Source: an uncultured Fibrobacterota bacterium
GTDB taxonomy: Bacteria > Fibrobacterota > Chitinivibrionia > Chitinivibrionales > FEN-1185
Length of the DNA stretch: 64,000 nt
Reading direction: 5' to 3'
Assembly: GCA_963753345.1 (NCBI GenBank)
Contig: CAVWBU010000019.1
Span: 1 to 64,000, forward strand
Shown here: piece by piece, positions 18,018-26,757 of the stretch
Layout: each line of letters starts with the position of its first letter
How positions within the stretch are numbered: position 1 is the first letter of the stretch
Position numbers and translations under genes: made by a program
The notes under the pieces: model-generated
The model's input: only the letters and a program-made list of their open reading frames with translations
Databases searched by the model: none
What the model was told of the DNA's origin: nothing

Positions 18018-18479
18018 TGGGCGTTCCCCTTGCCTTCGTCAAGAAATTTAAATAAAAAGATGGGCGCCCCGCCGCTTCGCGGCGGCGGCCGTCCTTCCGG
18101 TCTCGGCCTTCGGCCTCGGGCCACCTCGGCCCTATGCCGCGGTAGCGGCGGGTCCGGGCGGCACCGCGCTTTGGCGCGGCCTCCAGTCCTGCCTGGCGCG
18201 CGGCAACGGAATTCTATTCAGTCAATTGCTTCTTCTGGCGCCAATAGGTATGCACAATAAATCAGCCAGAGCTTCCTCTTTGCATTTTTAAACTCTTCAA
18301 CTATTCGACCTTTCAACTCTCTTTCTCGGTGCCCCCGCAGCCGAAGTTTCTTTCTCGCAAATCAACTTCCTTGGGGGCTACCCACGAGGGGGTATGGGTG
18401 CGGATCGCCGGCGACTCCGGCTTTCGTTGCATTTGCCTGGGAGGCGCCGGAAGCCGCACCCTAGGGGGACACCTCCCCC
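18018..18479 (+). repeat. Structured repeat, copy E (complete from 18061, preceded by a truncated second start at 18018)
   Basis: TGGGCGCCCC...CCTGGCGCGCGGCAAC, linker, module 2 almost identical to copy D. Confidence 0.9.
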
Positions 18480-18555
18480 ACATAAAAATTAATTAGATTG
18501 TCGAATTAATAATCTATTTTCAAATAACTCGATTCATCGCCTGGAGATTTCCTTT

Positions 18556-19131
18556 ATGAAAATTGTTCCCTTGCTTCTCGCGGCATTTTGTCTCACTCTC
18601 GCCTCATGCGCCTTTGCCCCGTACTATTACAACTTCTCCCCTGTCGACGCGCACCGCCGCAGCGCCGTATCCGGCGACACCGGTTCGGTTTTATTTGCAA
18701 AGGAACCCGATTCCACCGCCGCGCGCTGCACGCTGTCGGACAGCCTGGTTGACATCCGGTTCTGCATCACCACCTATCAGATTGAGTTTACCATAAAGAA
18801 TAAGACCGGCCGGACGCTTACCGTGGACTGGGAAAAGTCGGCCTACACAAACCCCCGCGGGGTGCGCAAGAGAGTGATCCACAAGGGGATCGTCTATGCT
18901 CAGAAGGAGGTTTTCCAGCACCCGAGCCTCATTTACAAAGGCGAAACGCTTTCCGACGTTCTGCTGCCCTCGGAGAACGTGGTGGTGTATCTGTATGGGA
19001 GCGGCGGCTGGAACGTGGCGCCGATTTTCTCGAATGCGGATTTGGGTAGGACCGCGCAGGTGCTGTTTGCGCTTGAAATCGACGGCGTGGTGCACGAATA
19101 CACGGTAAGGTTTGTGATCAATTCGGTGTAG
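18556..19131 (+). CDS. Hypothetical lipoprotein
   Basis: RBS GGAG, lipobox LASC, beta-rich body. Confidence 0.75.
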   Translation: MKIVPLLLAAFCLTLASCAFAPYYYNFSPVDAHRRSAVSGDTGSVLFAKEPDSTAARCTLSDSLVDIRFCITTYQIEFTIKNKTGRTLTVDWEKSAYTNPRGVRKRVIHKGIVYAQKEVFQHPSLIYKGETLSDVLLPSENVVVYLYGSGGWNVAPIFSNADLGRTAQVLFALEIDGVVHEYTVRFVINSV

Positions 19132-19152
19132 GGCGGGAACGGCAGCCCTTTC

Positions 19153-19842
19153 TCACCGCTCTTCGACGAGAACCATGGTGGCGCCGGGACTGCCCGGCAT
19201 TCCCGAGGAAAGGCTCTTTACAAACAGGCCGTCGCTCTTCCTGAACCAGTAGTCTCCGTGCCAGAGAGCGGAAAACAGGCCGGTCGGCGCGATCCTGATG
19301 CGCACCGCCGCAACCGGCGTTCCCCTCACCGACACCGCTTCCTCGCCCATGCGCCGCGCCCGCAGCGTGTAGGGCTTGAGCGTGTAGGGTCCCACAAGCG
19401 CGATGCCGGTGAAGGTGATCTCGGCAGCGGACGACAGCGCGAAATCGCGCAGGTCAAACGGCATCAACTGCTTCCACACCGCCCGCCCGAGGGCATACGT
19501 CCGCGCAACGGGTTTGCCCCGGAACGTGCCGGACAGCACGAGGCTGTCGCCGGCCTTGACAAGAAGGACGTTTGTTCCCTTCATACGCTCCACGGCCTTC
19601 CAGGACCGGTCTTCCGCCGATTTGTCGATTTTCAGCTCATTGACCATAGCCGCCGTGTCGGATCGCCACTCGGTGCGAATGATCGTGCCCGCGCTGTCTC
19701 CGGCAATGACGCACGACGATGTCACGGTGTCCTTGCCGGCAAAAAACCGGTAGGTGAGGGTGGCGGCCGAAAGGGGGCGCGCGGGCAATGCAACGGCTCC
19801 CAGTGAAAGGCATGTTGACAGACGCAGAATTGCCCGCAGCAA
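19153..19842 (-). CDS. Secreted hypothetical beta-rich protein
   Basis: Signal peptide. C-terminal DYWFRKSDGLFVK resembles DUF3108-like beta-meander proteins. Confidence 0.65.
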   Translation of the reverse strand: MLRAILRLSTCLSLGAVALPARPLSAATLTYRFFAGKDTVTSSCVIAGDSAGTIIRTEWRSDTAAMVNELKIDKSAEDRSWKAVERMKGTNVLLVKAGDSLVLSGTFRGKPVARTYALGRAVWKQLMPFDLRDFALSSAAEITFTGIALVGPYTLKPYTLRARRMGEEAVSVRGTPVAAVRIRIAPTGLFSALWHGDYWFRKSDGLFVKSLSSGMPGSPGATMVLVEER

Positions 19843-19863
19843 TGCGGTCCGTGCCCGTTGCGA

Positions 19864-20220
19864 TCATTTTGTATCGAACCTCTTTATCGCATCGTATCCG
19901 CCGGCGTTCACCACGTTCCCGAACCCGTTCTGTTTGAGGACCGAAAGTGCCATGGCGCTGCGGTTGCCGCTTCGGCAGTAGACGACAATCTGCTTGTGCC
20001 GGTACTGTTCAAGCTCTTTGATTCGCCCGGCCATCTGGTCGTGGGGAATGTTGATCGCGGTGCTGAAATGGCCGGCGTCGTATTCCTGCTTTGAGCGGAC
20101 GTCGATGACGAGCACTTCTCCCGGCGGAAGGCGGAAGTACTGCCCTATCGATTTCCTTCTGACAAGACCGATGCCGACAACGACACAAAGGACGACGGCG
20201 CACGCGATGAGGATTTTCAT
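19864..20220 (-). CDS. Membrane-anchored rhodanese-like protein
   Basis: IDVRSKQEYDAGH, INIP, VVYCRSGNRS, NAGG. Confidence 0.9.
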   Translation of the reverse strand: MKILIACAVVLCVVVGIGLVRRKSIGQYFRLPPGEVLVIDVRSKQEYDAGHFSTAINIPHDQMAGRIKELEQYRHKQIVVYCRSGNRSAMALSVLKQNGFGNVVNAGGYDAIKRFDTK

Positions 20221-20315
20221 GGGGTTTGTTCCAGTCTGACAAGGTTCATCAACCAGAGCATCTGCGGCGATTGGTCCGCCCGTGTTCCCGGCCCTGTCGC
20301 GGGAATGATCCCGGG

Positions 20316-20894
20316 TCAGATCCGCAGCGCCGCCGGATTCCACTTCTTCATCGTAAACCAATACACGGAATAAACAAGCCCGCCCGCCATCATGCCGAAA
20401 ACCGCTCCCCCGAGAACATCGAGCGGGTAGTGCACGCCCACGTACACGCGCGAGAACGCGATGACGGCGGCAAAGGCGAACGCGGTGATCCACACGCGCC
20501 TGCGCCTATACAAAAGCGAAAACAGGGCTGCCTGGGCGAACATGTTCGCGGCGTGCGACGACGGGAACGACTCCGAGCCCTTGCGGCCGAGCAAAAACCG
20601 CCCGCCGGTAATAACCACGCGCTCGTCGCACGGCCGCAGCCGGTGAAATTGCGGTTTGATGATCCTGTTGCACACCGGGTCGGAAACCGACACCGTGACA
20701 AGCGCAAGTGCGAGAACAACCATGGCCGAGCGTCGCTTGACATAAAGAAATACCAGCGCCGCGGCAACCGCCGGCAGTATCCAGAACCGTCCGTTGGTGA
20801 TAATGACAAACACGGCGTCGAGCACCGGGTTGGCAATGGCGTGGTTGAAGAAGAGGAAAAGCTGGGTGTCGAGATCGAGCAATGCCCGGACCAT
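20316..20894 (-). CDS. PAP2 family membrane phosphatase
   Basis: KxxxxRxRP, SFPSSHA, SRVYVGVHYPLD. Confidence 0.92.
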   Translation of the reverse strand: MVRALLDLDTQLFLFFNHAIANPVLDAVFVIITNGRFWILPAVAAALVFLYVKRRSAMVVLALALVTVSVSDPVCNRIIKPQFHRLRPCDERVVITGGRFLLGRKGSESFPSSHAANMFAQAALFSLLYRRRRVWITAFAFAAVIAFSRVYVGVHYPLDVLGGAVFGMMAGGLVYSVYWFTMKKWNPAALRI

Positions 20895-20900
20895 TTCGCG

Positions 20901-21794
20901 CTACTCCTTCCGCTCGTACCAGATGAGCCTCGCGGTGATCACACCCACCCGAATTCTCGCGCTCACCACCACGGGCATCTTGTAGGCGTCGTCGGTGAGC
21001 CACAGCTTGATTTCATCCCTCTTGGTAAATACGCGGCCCCGGCCGACAAGCACCGGCTTCACGAGCACGCAGTTGAACGTGCCGGCCTCCACCGCCACCG
21101 GTTTGCGCTCCACGCAATGCGAGACGATTTTGAAGGGCTTGGTGTGCACGAAACAGTCGACGGAGAACGAATCGCCGGGAGCCAAGTCCATGGCGCGAAT
21201 GTAAATGAACAGCGAAAAGTAATTCTGCACAAAGGGCGGACATTCCGCAAACCCGGTGTCGTTGCCCTTGGCATAGGCCCTGTTGGCGGCCTGGTCGAAC
21301 AGCGACCAGCGATCGTCTTTGTATCGGCCCTCGCGAAGGTGCTCCTCGAAGAAGAAGGGGTACATGCCCTTGGGATCCATGGTGGTGCGTATGAGGTCGC
21401 GCACGGTGTAAAACGCGCTGAAAAAACCGTTTGTCAATCCCCTCCCCGTGACCACCAGGCGTCCGCTTTCCGAATCGAGCGACGTTTCGAGGATGACGAA
21501 ACCGGCGCGCAGCGGCCCCCAGCCGACGTCGTAGACGAATTTCTCCCCCTTGACAAAGGGCACGCTGTCGACCGATCGGAGTCCGCCGGCGAACGAGCAT
21601 TGCTTCCTTTCGAGGAGGGAATCGACGAAGCGGGCCGGGAAGGGGGGCGGACACGGGTTCTCGCGGTCGAGCCTGGTCCATTCGCCTTCTTGCACGCGGG
21701 CCGGCTGCGAGGTCCCGGAGGTGTCGGCGCCGCCCGGCGTTTCCGCCGCGAGAATAGTGAGGAGCACGTAGGGGAGAACAGTCCTGGCGCGCAT
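20901..21794 (-). CDS. DUF3108-like secreted protein
   Basis: Signal peptide, PFVKGEKFVYDVGWG, VEAGTFNC, LWLTDD. Confidence 0.75.
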   Translation of the reverse strand: MRARTVLPYVLLTILAAETPGGADTSGTSQPARVQEGEWTRLDRENPCPPPFPARFVDSLLERKQCSFAGGLRSVDSVPFVKGEKFVYDVGWGPLRAGFVILETSLDSESGRLVVTGRGLTNGFFSAFYTVRDLIRTTMDPKGMYPFFFEEHLREGRYKDDRWSLFDQAANRAYAKGNDTGFAECPPFVQNYFSLFIYIRAMDLAPGDSFSVDCFVHTKPFKIVSHCVERKPVAVEAGTFNCVLVKPVLVGRGRVFTKRDEIKLWLTDDAYKMPVVVSARIRVGVITARLIWYERKE

Positions 21795-22202
21795 GGATGA
21801 AAGCCCTTCCGGCCTGCAATAGATTTACAAAAGCTACTGCGGCGGTCAGCGCGCCGCGGTCCGGCACCTGCACGTCGTGCAGGACTGGCGTAAAAATAAT
21901 CCCTGCCGCCGGAACCGGCCGCAGCCCCTTCTCCTTCATGCAACGGTTTTGCCGCGAGAACGGCACATAGTATCTTTTACGTGGGCCGGCAACCCTGCCG
22001 CTTCTATTCGCCCGCTGGCCCCGCCCGGTGTGGCGGGGAACGCGCGGGCTGGGTTATTGAAGAACCTCGCAGTCCCGCCAGAGCGGGACGAGAAATCTTC
22101 CATCCCTATGGAAAAAAAACATACTCATAGTCGGTCGCTAACCCCGAAGCAAGCTTCGAGGATTACGCTCGCTATGGGATTCAAACCGGAAAGGACCATT
22201 CT

Positions 22203-22976
22203 ATGAAGTCGCGTGCGTTAACGTACCTGTGCCTTTGCGTTCTGGCGCTTTCACCGGTCATGTGCGGAAAGAACAAGTCCACCAATCCCACGCAGAGCCA
22301 GTACGCCGTCTACGACTACTCCGACACGGTTGCGCTCCGCGCCATTCTCGACGCCAACAGCCTCACAGCGATTTCCGCAGGAAACCCGGGCAATCCGCCT
22401 CTTTTTTGGATAATGCTTGACCCGAACAACAATCACCGCATCCAGGAGCTCGACCTCGGCGACAAGGGCATTTCGGTTATTCCGGCGCAGATCGGCGCGC
22501 TTTCGGCCATGACCATTCTGCGGCTTGACTCCAACGCCATATCCGTGCTGCCCGCCGAAATCGCCCGATGCACGTCGCTGGTCCTTCTCCGGTTGTCAAA
22601 CAACCAGCTTTCCACGCTTCCCTCCGGCATCAGCTCACTGCATAATCTCAAGACGCTCGTCTTGTCGCATAACGCCATTGTAGGACTGCCGCAGACCCTA
22701 TGGACGATCACCTCGCTCACCGAGCTCGATCTCGATTACAACCAGCTCGACAGCCTGTCGTCGCAGGTGTCGAACCTTGTAAACCTCGGGAGCATCCTGC
22801 TCAACAACAACAGCCTTACCACCCTGCCCCCGTCGCTTCAGCAAATCGGCGCCCTCGAGTACATGCAGATCGACAACAACCACATCTGCCCTTCCACGCT
22901 CGACGCCGCGTTCACCATATGGCTTGACCAAAGGGCCGAGCAGCACTGGGACACCACGCAGGGAACGTGCCCATAG
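22203..22976 (+). CDS. Leucine-rich-repeat lipoprotein
   Basis: Lipobox-like VMC. About six 23-aa LRRs of pattern LxxLxLxxNxLxxLP. Confidence 0.88.
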   Translation: MKSRALTYLCLCVLALSPVMCGKNKSTNPTQSQYAVYDYSDTVALRAILDANSLTAISAGNPGNPPLFWIMLDPNNNHRIQELDLGDKGISVIPAQIGALSAMTILRLDSNAISVLPAEIARCTSLVLLRLSNNQLSTLPSGISSLHNLKTLVLSHNAIVGLPQTLWTITSLTELDLDYNQLDSLSSQVSNLVNLGSILLNNNSLTTLPPSLQQIGALEYMQIDNNHICPSTLDAAFTIWLDQRAEQHWDTTQGTCP

Positions 22977-23010
22977 GCCCGGCTCAATCGGATAGAAAGA
23001 TTTCCTTGCC

Positions 23011-23478
23011 GTGAGCGGACCAACTGCTGCACAAGTCTCGTCGGTCGCCCGTTTTGTAAAGTTCAGCATCGTGGGAGGCAGCGGCGTTGTCGTCAATGCA
23101 GGCCTGTTCTATCTGTTCACCACGGGTGCAGCATTTGATCATAAAGTCGCAAGTGTTATCGCCATCGAATGTGCGATAATCAATAATTTCTTGTGGAATT
23201 ATTTCTGGACCTGGAAAGACCGAAAGACCGAAAGCAAGCGGTCATTTGCGTACATGTTGATGAAGTTCAACCTGTCTTCCGGTCTTATCGCCTTCGTCGT
23301 CAATTTTGGACTCCTCGTGTTGCTTACCGATTTGTTGCATGTCAACTACCATCTCCCGATATCCCAAGTGTCCAATGTCTTTATATCAAACCTTATCGGC
23401 ATCGGTTGCGGCACCCTGGCCAATTTTTTCCTCAGTCATTATCTGGTGTTTTCGAAGAGAAAAAATAGCGGAAAGTAA
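23011..23478 (+). CDS. GtrA family membrane protein
   Basis: FVKFSIVGGSGVVVN, NNFLWNYFWTW, four hydrophobic segments. Confidence 0.88.
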   Translation: MSGPTAAQVSSVARFVKFSIVGGSGVVVNAGLFYLFTTGAAFDHKVASVIAIECAIINNFLWNYFWTWKDRKTESKRSFAYMLMKFNLSSGLIAFVVNFGLLVLLTDLLHVNYHLPISQVSNVFISNLIGIGCGTLANFFLSHYLVFSKRKNSGK

Positions 23479-23519
23479 AGGACGCGCCGCCGCAGATCAT
23501 CTGGAAAAGTGATGATACA

Positions 23520-25958
23520 ATGGATCCATCCGGAAAGAAAATAAAAGAGAAGAGCGGCAATCGACCCTTTGCGCCTACCGATGCGGCGGGGAATCCGCTG
23601 CCCGCAGCAACGTGGAAGAGCTTGTTCCTCGCCGGGATTCTCATCCTCCTGACGGCGATATTCTACTGGCCGATTCTTGTCGGTAAAGGGTTTCTCTGGA
23701 ACGATTTTCTTGAGCAGAACTTCGTGTACCGCCTGTTTGCGGCGGTGTCCCTCAAGCAGGGAATTCTGCCGTTCTGGAATCCCTATGTGTTCTCGGGCCT
23801 GCCGTTTTTCGCGGATGTCCAGGCGGCCGTGCTGTATCCGCTCAACCTTGCGCTCACTCCCTTCGCAACCCAGGACTGGCTGAGCCCGCTTCTCGTCGAA
23901 TACCAGATCATTCTGCACATCGCCATGGCAGGATGTTTTATGTACCTGCTTGCCCGAGAATTCGGGGCAAGCAGAAGCGGCGGCCTGCTTGCGGGCGTAA
24001 CGTTCATGTTCTGCGGATTTTTCACCACGCACATTTTCCACGAGAACCTTATCCATGCTGCGGCATGGTTCCCGCTGGCAATTGTTCTTTTCCGGCGCGC
24101 CCTCGACAGGATCAGCTTGCTGTACGCTTCGCTCACGGCGCTCGTGCTCTGCGTGATCTTTCTGTGCGGGTATCCGCAGCTCATGGTGCATATGTACTAC
24201 TGGCTGGCCGCCTATTACCTGTTCGGGCTCATTGTGCGCATCAGGGGAAAAACGCGCGTAGCGCCGGAAGTGAAGCGGGGCGTTCTGTTCGCGGCGCTCG
24301 TGATTCTTGGCATCGGCATGGCAGCCGTCCAGCTCCTGCCCACGCAGGAGCTTGCGAAGAATTCGGTGAGGCCGCATCTTTCTTTTTCGGAATCCTGCGA
24401 AGGGTCACTGCGGCCCTACCGGTTCGTCACCCTGTTCGCGCCCAATTATTTCGGCCGGCCGCAGAAAAGCGCGTACTGGGGCGTTTCCGAGCAGGACGTC
24501 AACGGCGGCATGCACAACTACTGGGAAACCGCGGTCTACGCAGGGACCGTGTCGCTGGCAATTGCGGCGATTGCGCCGTTCGTGGTGCGAACGCCGCTCA
24601 CCGTGTTCCTTTCCATTATGGGAGTGGTGAGCCTGCTGCTTGCGATGGGCAATTCGTTCTTTCTGTATTGGTTCGCCTTCAAATTTCTTCCGGGACTTAA
24701 CGCATTCCGGATACCGGGCAGGTTCGCCTACCTGTTTGCGTTGTCGGTGTCGCTGCTTGCAGGAACAGGTCTCACCTGGCTGCAGGCAACCGGCCCGCTG
24801 GAGAAAAACGGGCGGCTCAAATCAATCGTGGAACGGGTGCTGCTTGCCGCTGCCGGAGCCGGCATCCTCTGGGGGCTGCTTGCCGCAACCGGCGCGTTCA
24901 AGGGCGGCATCGCGGATTTCATGCTCGCCTCGGGCCGGTTCGGCGCAAACGCGGCCGGGCTGGCAAACTACGTTGACAAACAGATATATCCGAATGTGGT
25001 CGGGAGCATATGGCTGTTTGCAGGGCTTGCCGCGTGCGCGACGGCGATAACCTGGCTGCGACTGCGCGGAAAGATCTCAGGCAGGACCGCGGCGCTCTGC
25101 ATGGTTGCCGCGGCCGCGCTTGACTTTCTGGCATTCGGCTTCGGATTTGCCGCGGGGAACATCGATCCCACGGTGATGTACGCAAAGACGCCCGCAATCG
25201 AACAATTGCAGGACATGGAGAAAACCGAATACTTCAGAATAAATTCCCGCAACTCCAACCCGGGCACCGACGATCTCGGCGGGCCGGCCATGGTATTCCG
25301 CAAGAACCAGGGCAGCGTTCACCGCTTGTTCCTCATAGAAGGGTACAATCCCCTGCGGCTCAGGCGGGAGCTTGTGGACCGTAGAGACCGAACGCTCGAC
25401 ATTCTCAATGTGGGGCTCAAGATCGCGGTGGACGACCGCGGGCAGATGTCGCTTGTCGCGCATCCCACGTATTTTCCCCGCTGCCGCATGGTGTACAACT
25501 ATGTTGTGGAACCGGATGAGGAACGCATTCTGCCGCTGTTGTATTCGCCGGGATTTGACCATAGAAAATCGGTGATCCTCGAACAGATGCCGGCCGCGGC
25601 AATCGACACCGCGCAGCCGGACACGGCGTGGAAGTGCCGCATTGTCAACTACGCACTCAACAGGATCGACCTCGACGTCACCACCGCGAAAAGCGGGCTT
25701 CTCGTGCTCAGCGAGATTCACTACCCGTCGTGGAAGGCAACGGTGGACGACAGGCCCGCGCCGCTGTACCGGGCCGACTTTGCGCTCCGGGCCATTCCGG
25801 TGGGGCAGGGGCATCACGTGGTGTCGTGCTTCTTTTCCCCCAAAGTGTTTTTAAGGGGACTTGCCATATCGCTCGTGTCGCTGGCGCTCACGCTTGCGCT
25901 TGGCGTGTGGGGATTTTTGCAAAAGCGCGGGCGTGGAAGAGCAGGCGCAAAAGGTTGA
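23520..25958 (+). CDS. YfhO-like multi-pass membrane protein (putative GT-C glycosyltransferase)
   Basis: PFWNPYVFSGLPFFAD, many TM helices, C-terminal LVLSEIHYPSWKATVD...ALRAIPV. Confidence 0.85.
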   Translation: MDPSGKKIKEKSGNRPFAPTDAAGNPLPAATWKSLFLAGILILLTAIFYWPILVGKGFLWNDFLEQNFVYRLFAAVSLKQGILPFWNPYVFSGLPFFADVQAAVLYPLNLALTPFATQDWLSPLLVEYQIILHIAMAGCFMYLLAREFGASRSGGLLAGVTFMFCGFFTTHIFHENLIHAAAWFPLAIVLFRRALDRISLLYASLTALVLCVIFLCGYPQLMVHMYYWLAAYYLFGLIVRIRGKTRVAPEVKRGVLFAALVILGIGMAAVQLLPTQELAKNSVRPHLSFSESCEGSLRPYRFVTLFAPNYFGRPQKSAYWGVSEQDVNGGMHNYWETAVYAGTVSLAIAAIAPFVVRTPLTVFLSIMGVVSLLLAMGNSFFLYWFAFKFLPGLNAFRIPGRFAYLFALSVSLLAGTGLTWLQATGPLEKNGRLKSIVERVLLAAAGAGILWGLLAATGAFKGGIADFMLASGRFGANAAGLANYVDKQIYPNVVGSIWLFAGLAACATAITWLRLRGKISGRTAALCMVAAAALDFLAFGFGFAAGNIDPTVMYAKTPAIEQLQDMEKTEYFRINSRNSNPGTDDLGGPAMVFRKNQGSVHRLFLIEGYNPLRLRRELVDRRDRTLDILNVGLKIAVDDRGQMSLVAHPTYFPRCRMVYNYVVEPDEERILPLLYSPGFDHRKSVILEQMPAAAIDTAQPDTAWKCRIVNYALNRIDLDVTTAKSGLLVLSEIHYPSWKATVDDRPAPLYRADFALRAIPVGQGHHVVSCFFSPKVFLRGLAISLVSLALTLALGVWGFLQKRGRGRAGAKG

Positions 25959-26289
25959 GAGGATTTTTGGAAAACGTTTTTCGCGTAATTCTGCGGCAAA
26001 AATGCTCCGGATTTTAGCAAATTCTCCGTGGTTTTGGTCGGTTTTGCAGTAAATTGTCGATGGTGGGCGCAAGCGGGGTCAAAGGAACGGCGCCTTCCTT
26101 CCCGATGCGGTTTTCGCATGAAAGGAGTCGAAGCAGGCCGCGGGTTTGTTTCACAAGGCAAGTCTTTTTATATTGTTCCAAAATAGGGAATCATTATATA
26201 TTTTACAAAGTCCGTTGATTCGAAGGCGTTCATTACATAAGTATATTCTCAATAATTACCTTCAATTTTTCAGACAAGGAGGTCGGGTC

Positions 26290-26685
26290 ATGTTTTCAAA
26301 ATTAAGAGTTCTGGTGCTTTTCCTTGCAGTATGCGCCATGGCCGACGTGGAGAATCTGTCGTCATCGAGCGCTGCTTTCAGCTTTGCGCCGGTGGGAGTC
26401 ATTCAGCAGGTTTCGTACTTCTCAAATTCGGTTTCCTTCACTTGTAAGAAAATCGCCGTGGGAAGGGAAGGTATGGCCTTTTCCTGGGCGCTGCCGAAAA
26501 TAAAGGGAGAGACCGGTAAACTCAGCATTTGCTCGGTTTCCGGCAAACTCATCAAGTCGTTCAACCTCGCTTCGAATGAAGGCAATTTCACCTGGAACGT
26601 GAGCCGCGGGAAGATGGCCGGCGGCGTGTATTTCGCAACGCTGTCGTACGGACAGTTCAAAAAGAGCCTGAGAATTCTCTACTAG
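26290..26685 (+). CDS. Small secreted protein consisting almost only of a sorting-type C-terminal domain
   Basis: RBS AGGAGG, signal peptide, LSICSVSGKLIKSF...FTWN...AGGVYFATL. Confidence 0.7.
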   Translation: MFSKLRVLVLFLAVCAMADVENLSSSSAAFSFAPVGVIQQVSYFSNSVSFTCKKIAVGREGMAFSWALPKIKGETGKLSICSVSGKLIKSFNLASNEGNFTWNVSRGKMAGGVYFATLSYGQFKKSLRILY

Positions 26686-26757
26686 GAAACAATCGGCACA
26701 ATCCGGATCTGCAAACCGGTTCAACACAACAAGGAAAAAATTAAAAGGAGATCAAAC

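Noticed and set aside
20226-21800. Long antisense ORFs (for example 20226-21800, 48487-49812, 52993-54207, 62056-63450)
   Set aside because: Shadow frames of GC-rich genes on the opposite strand with no recognisable motifs.
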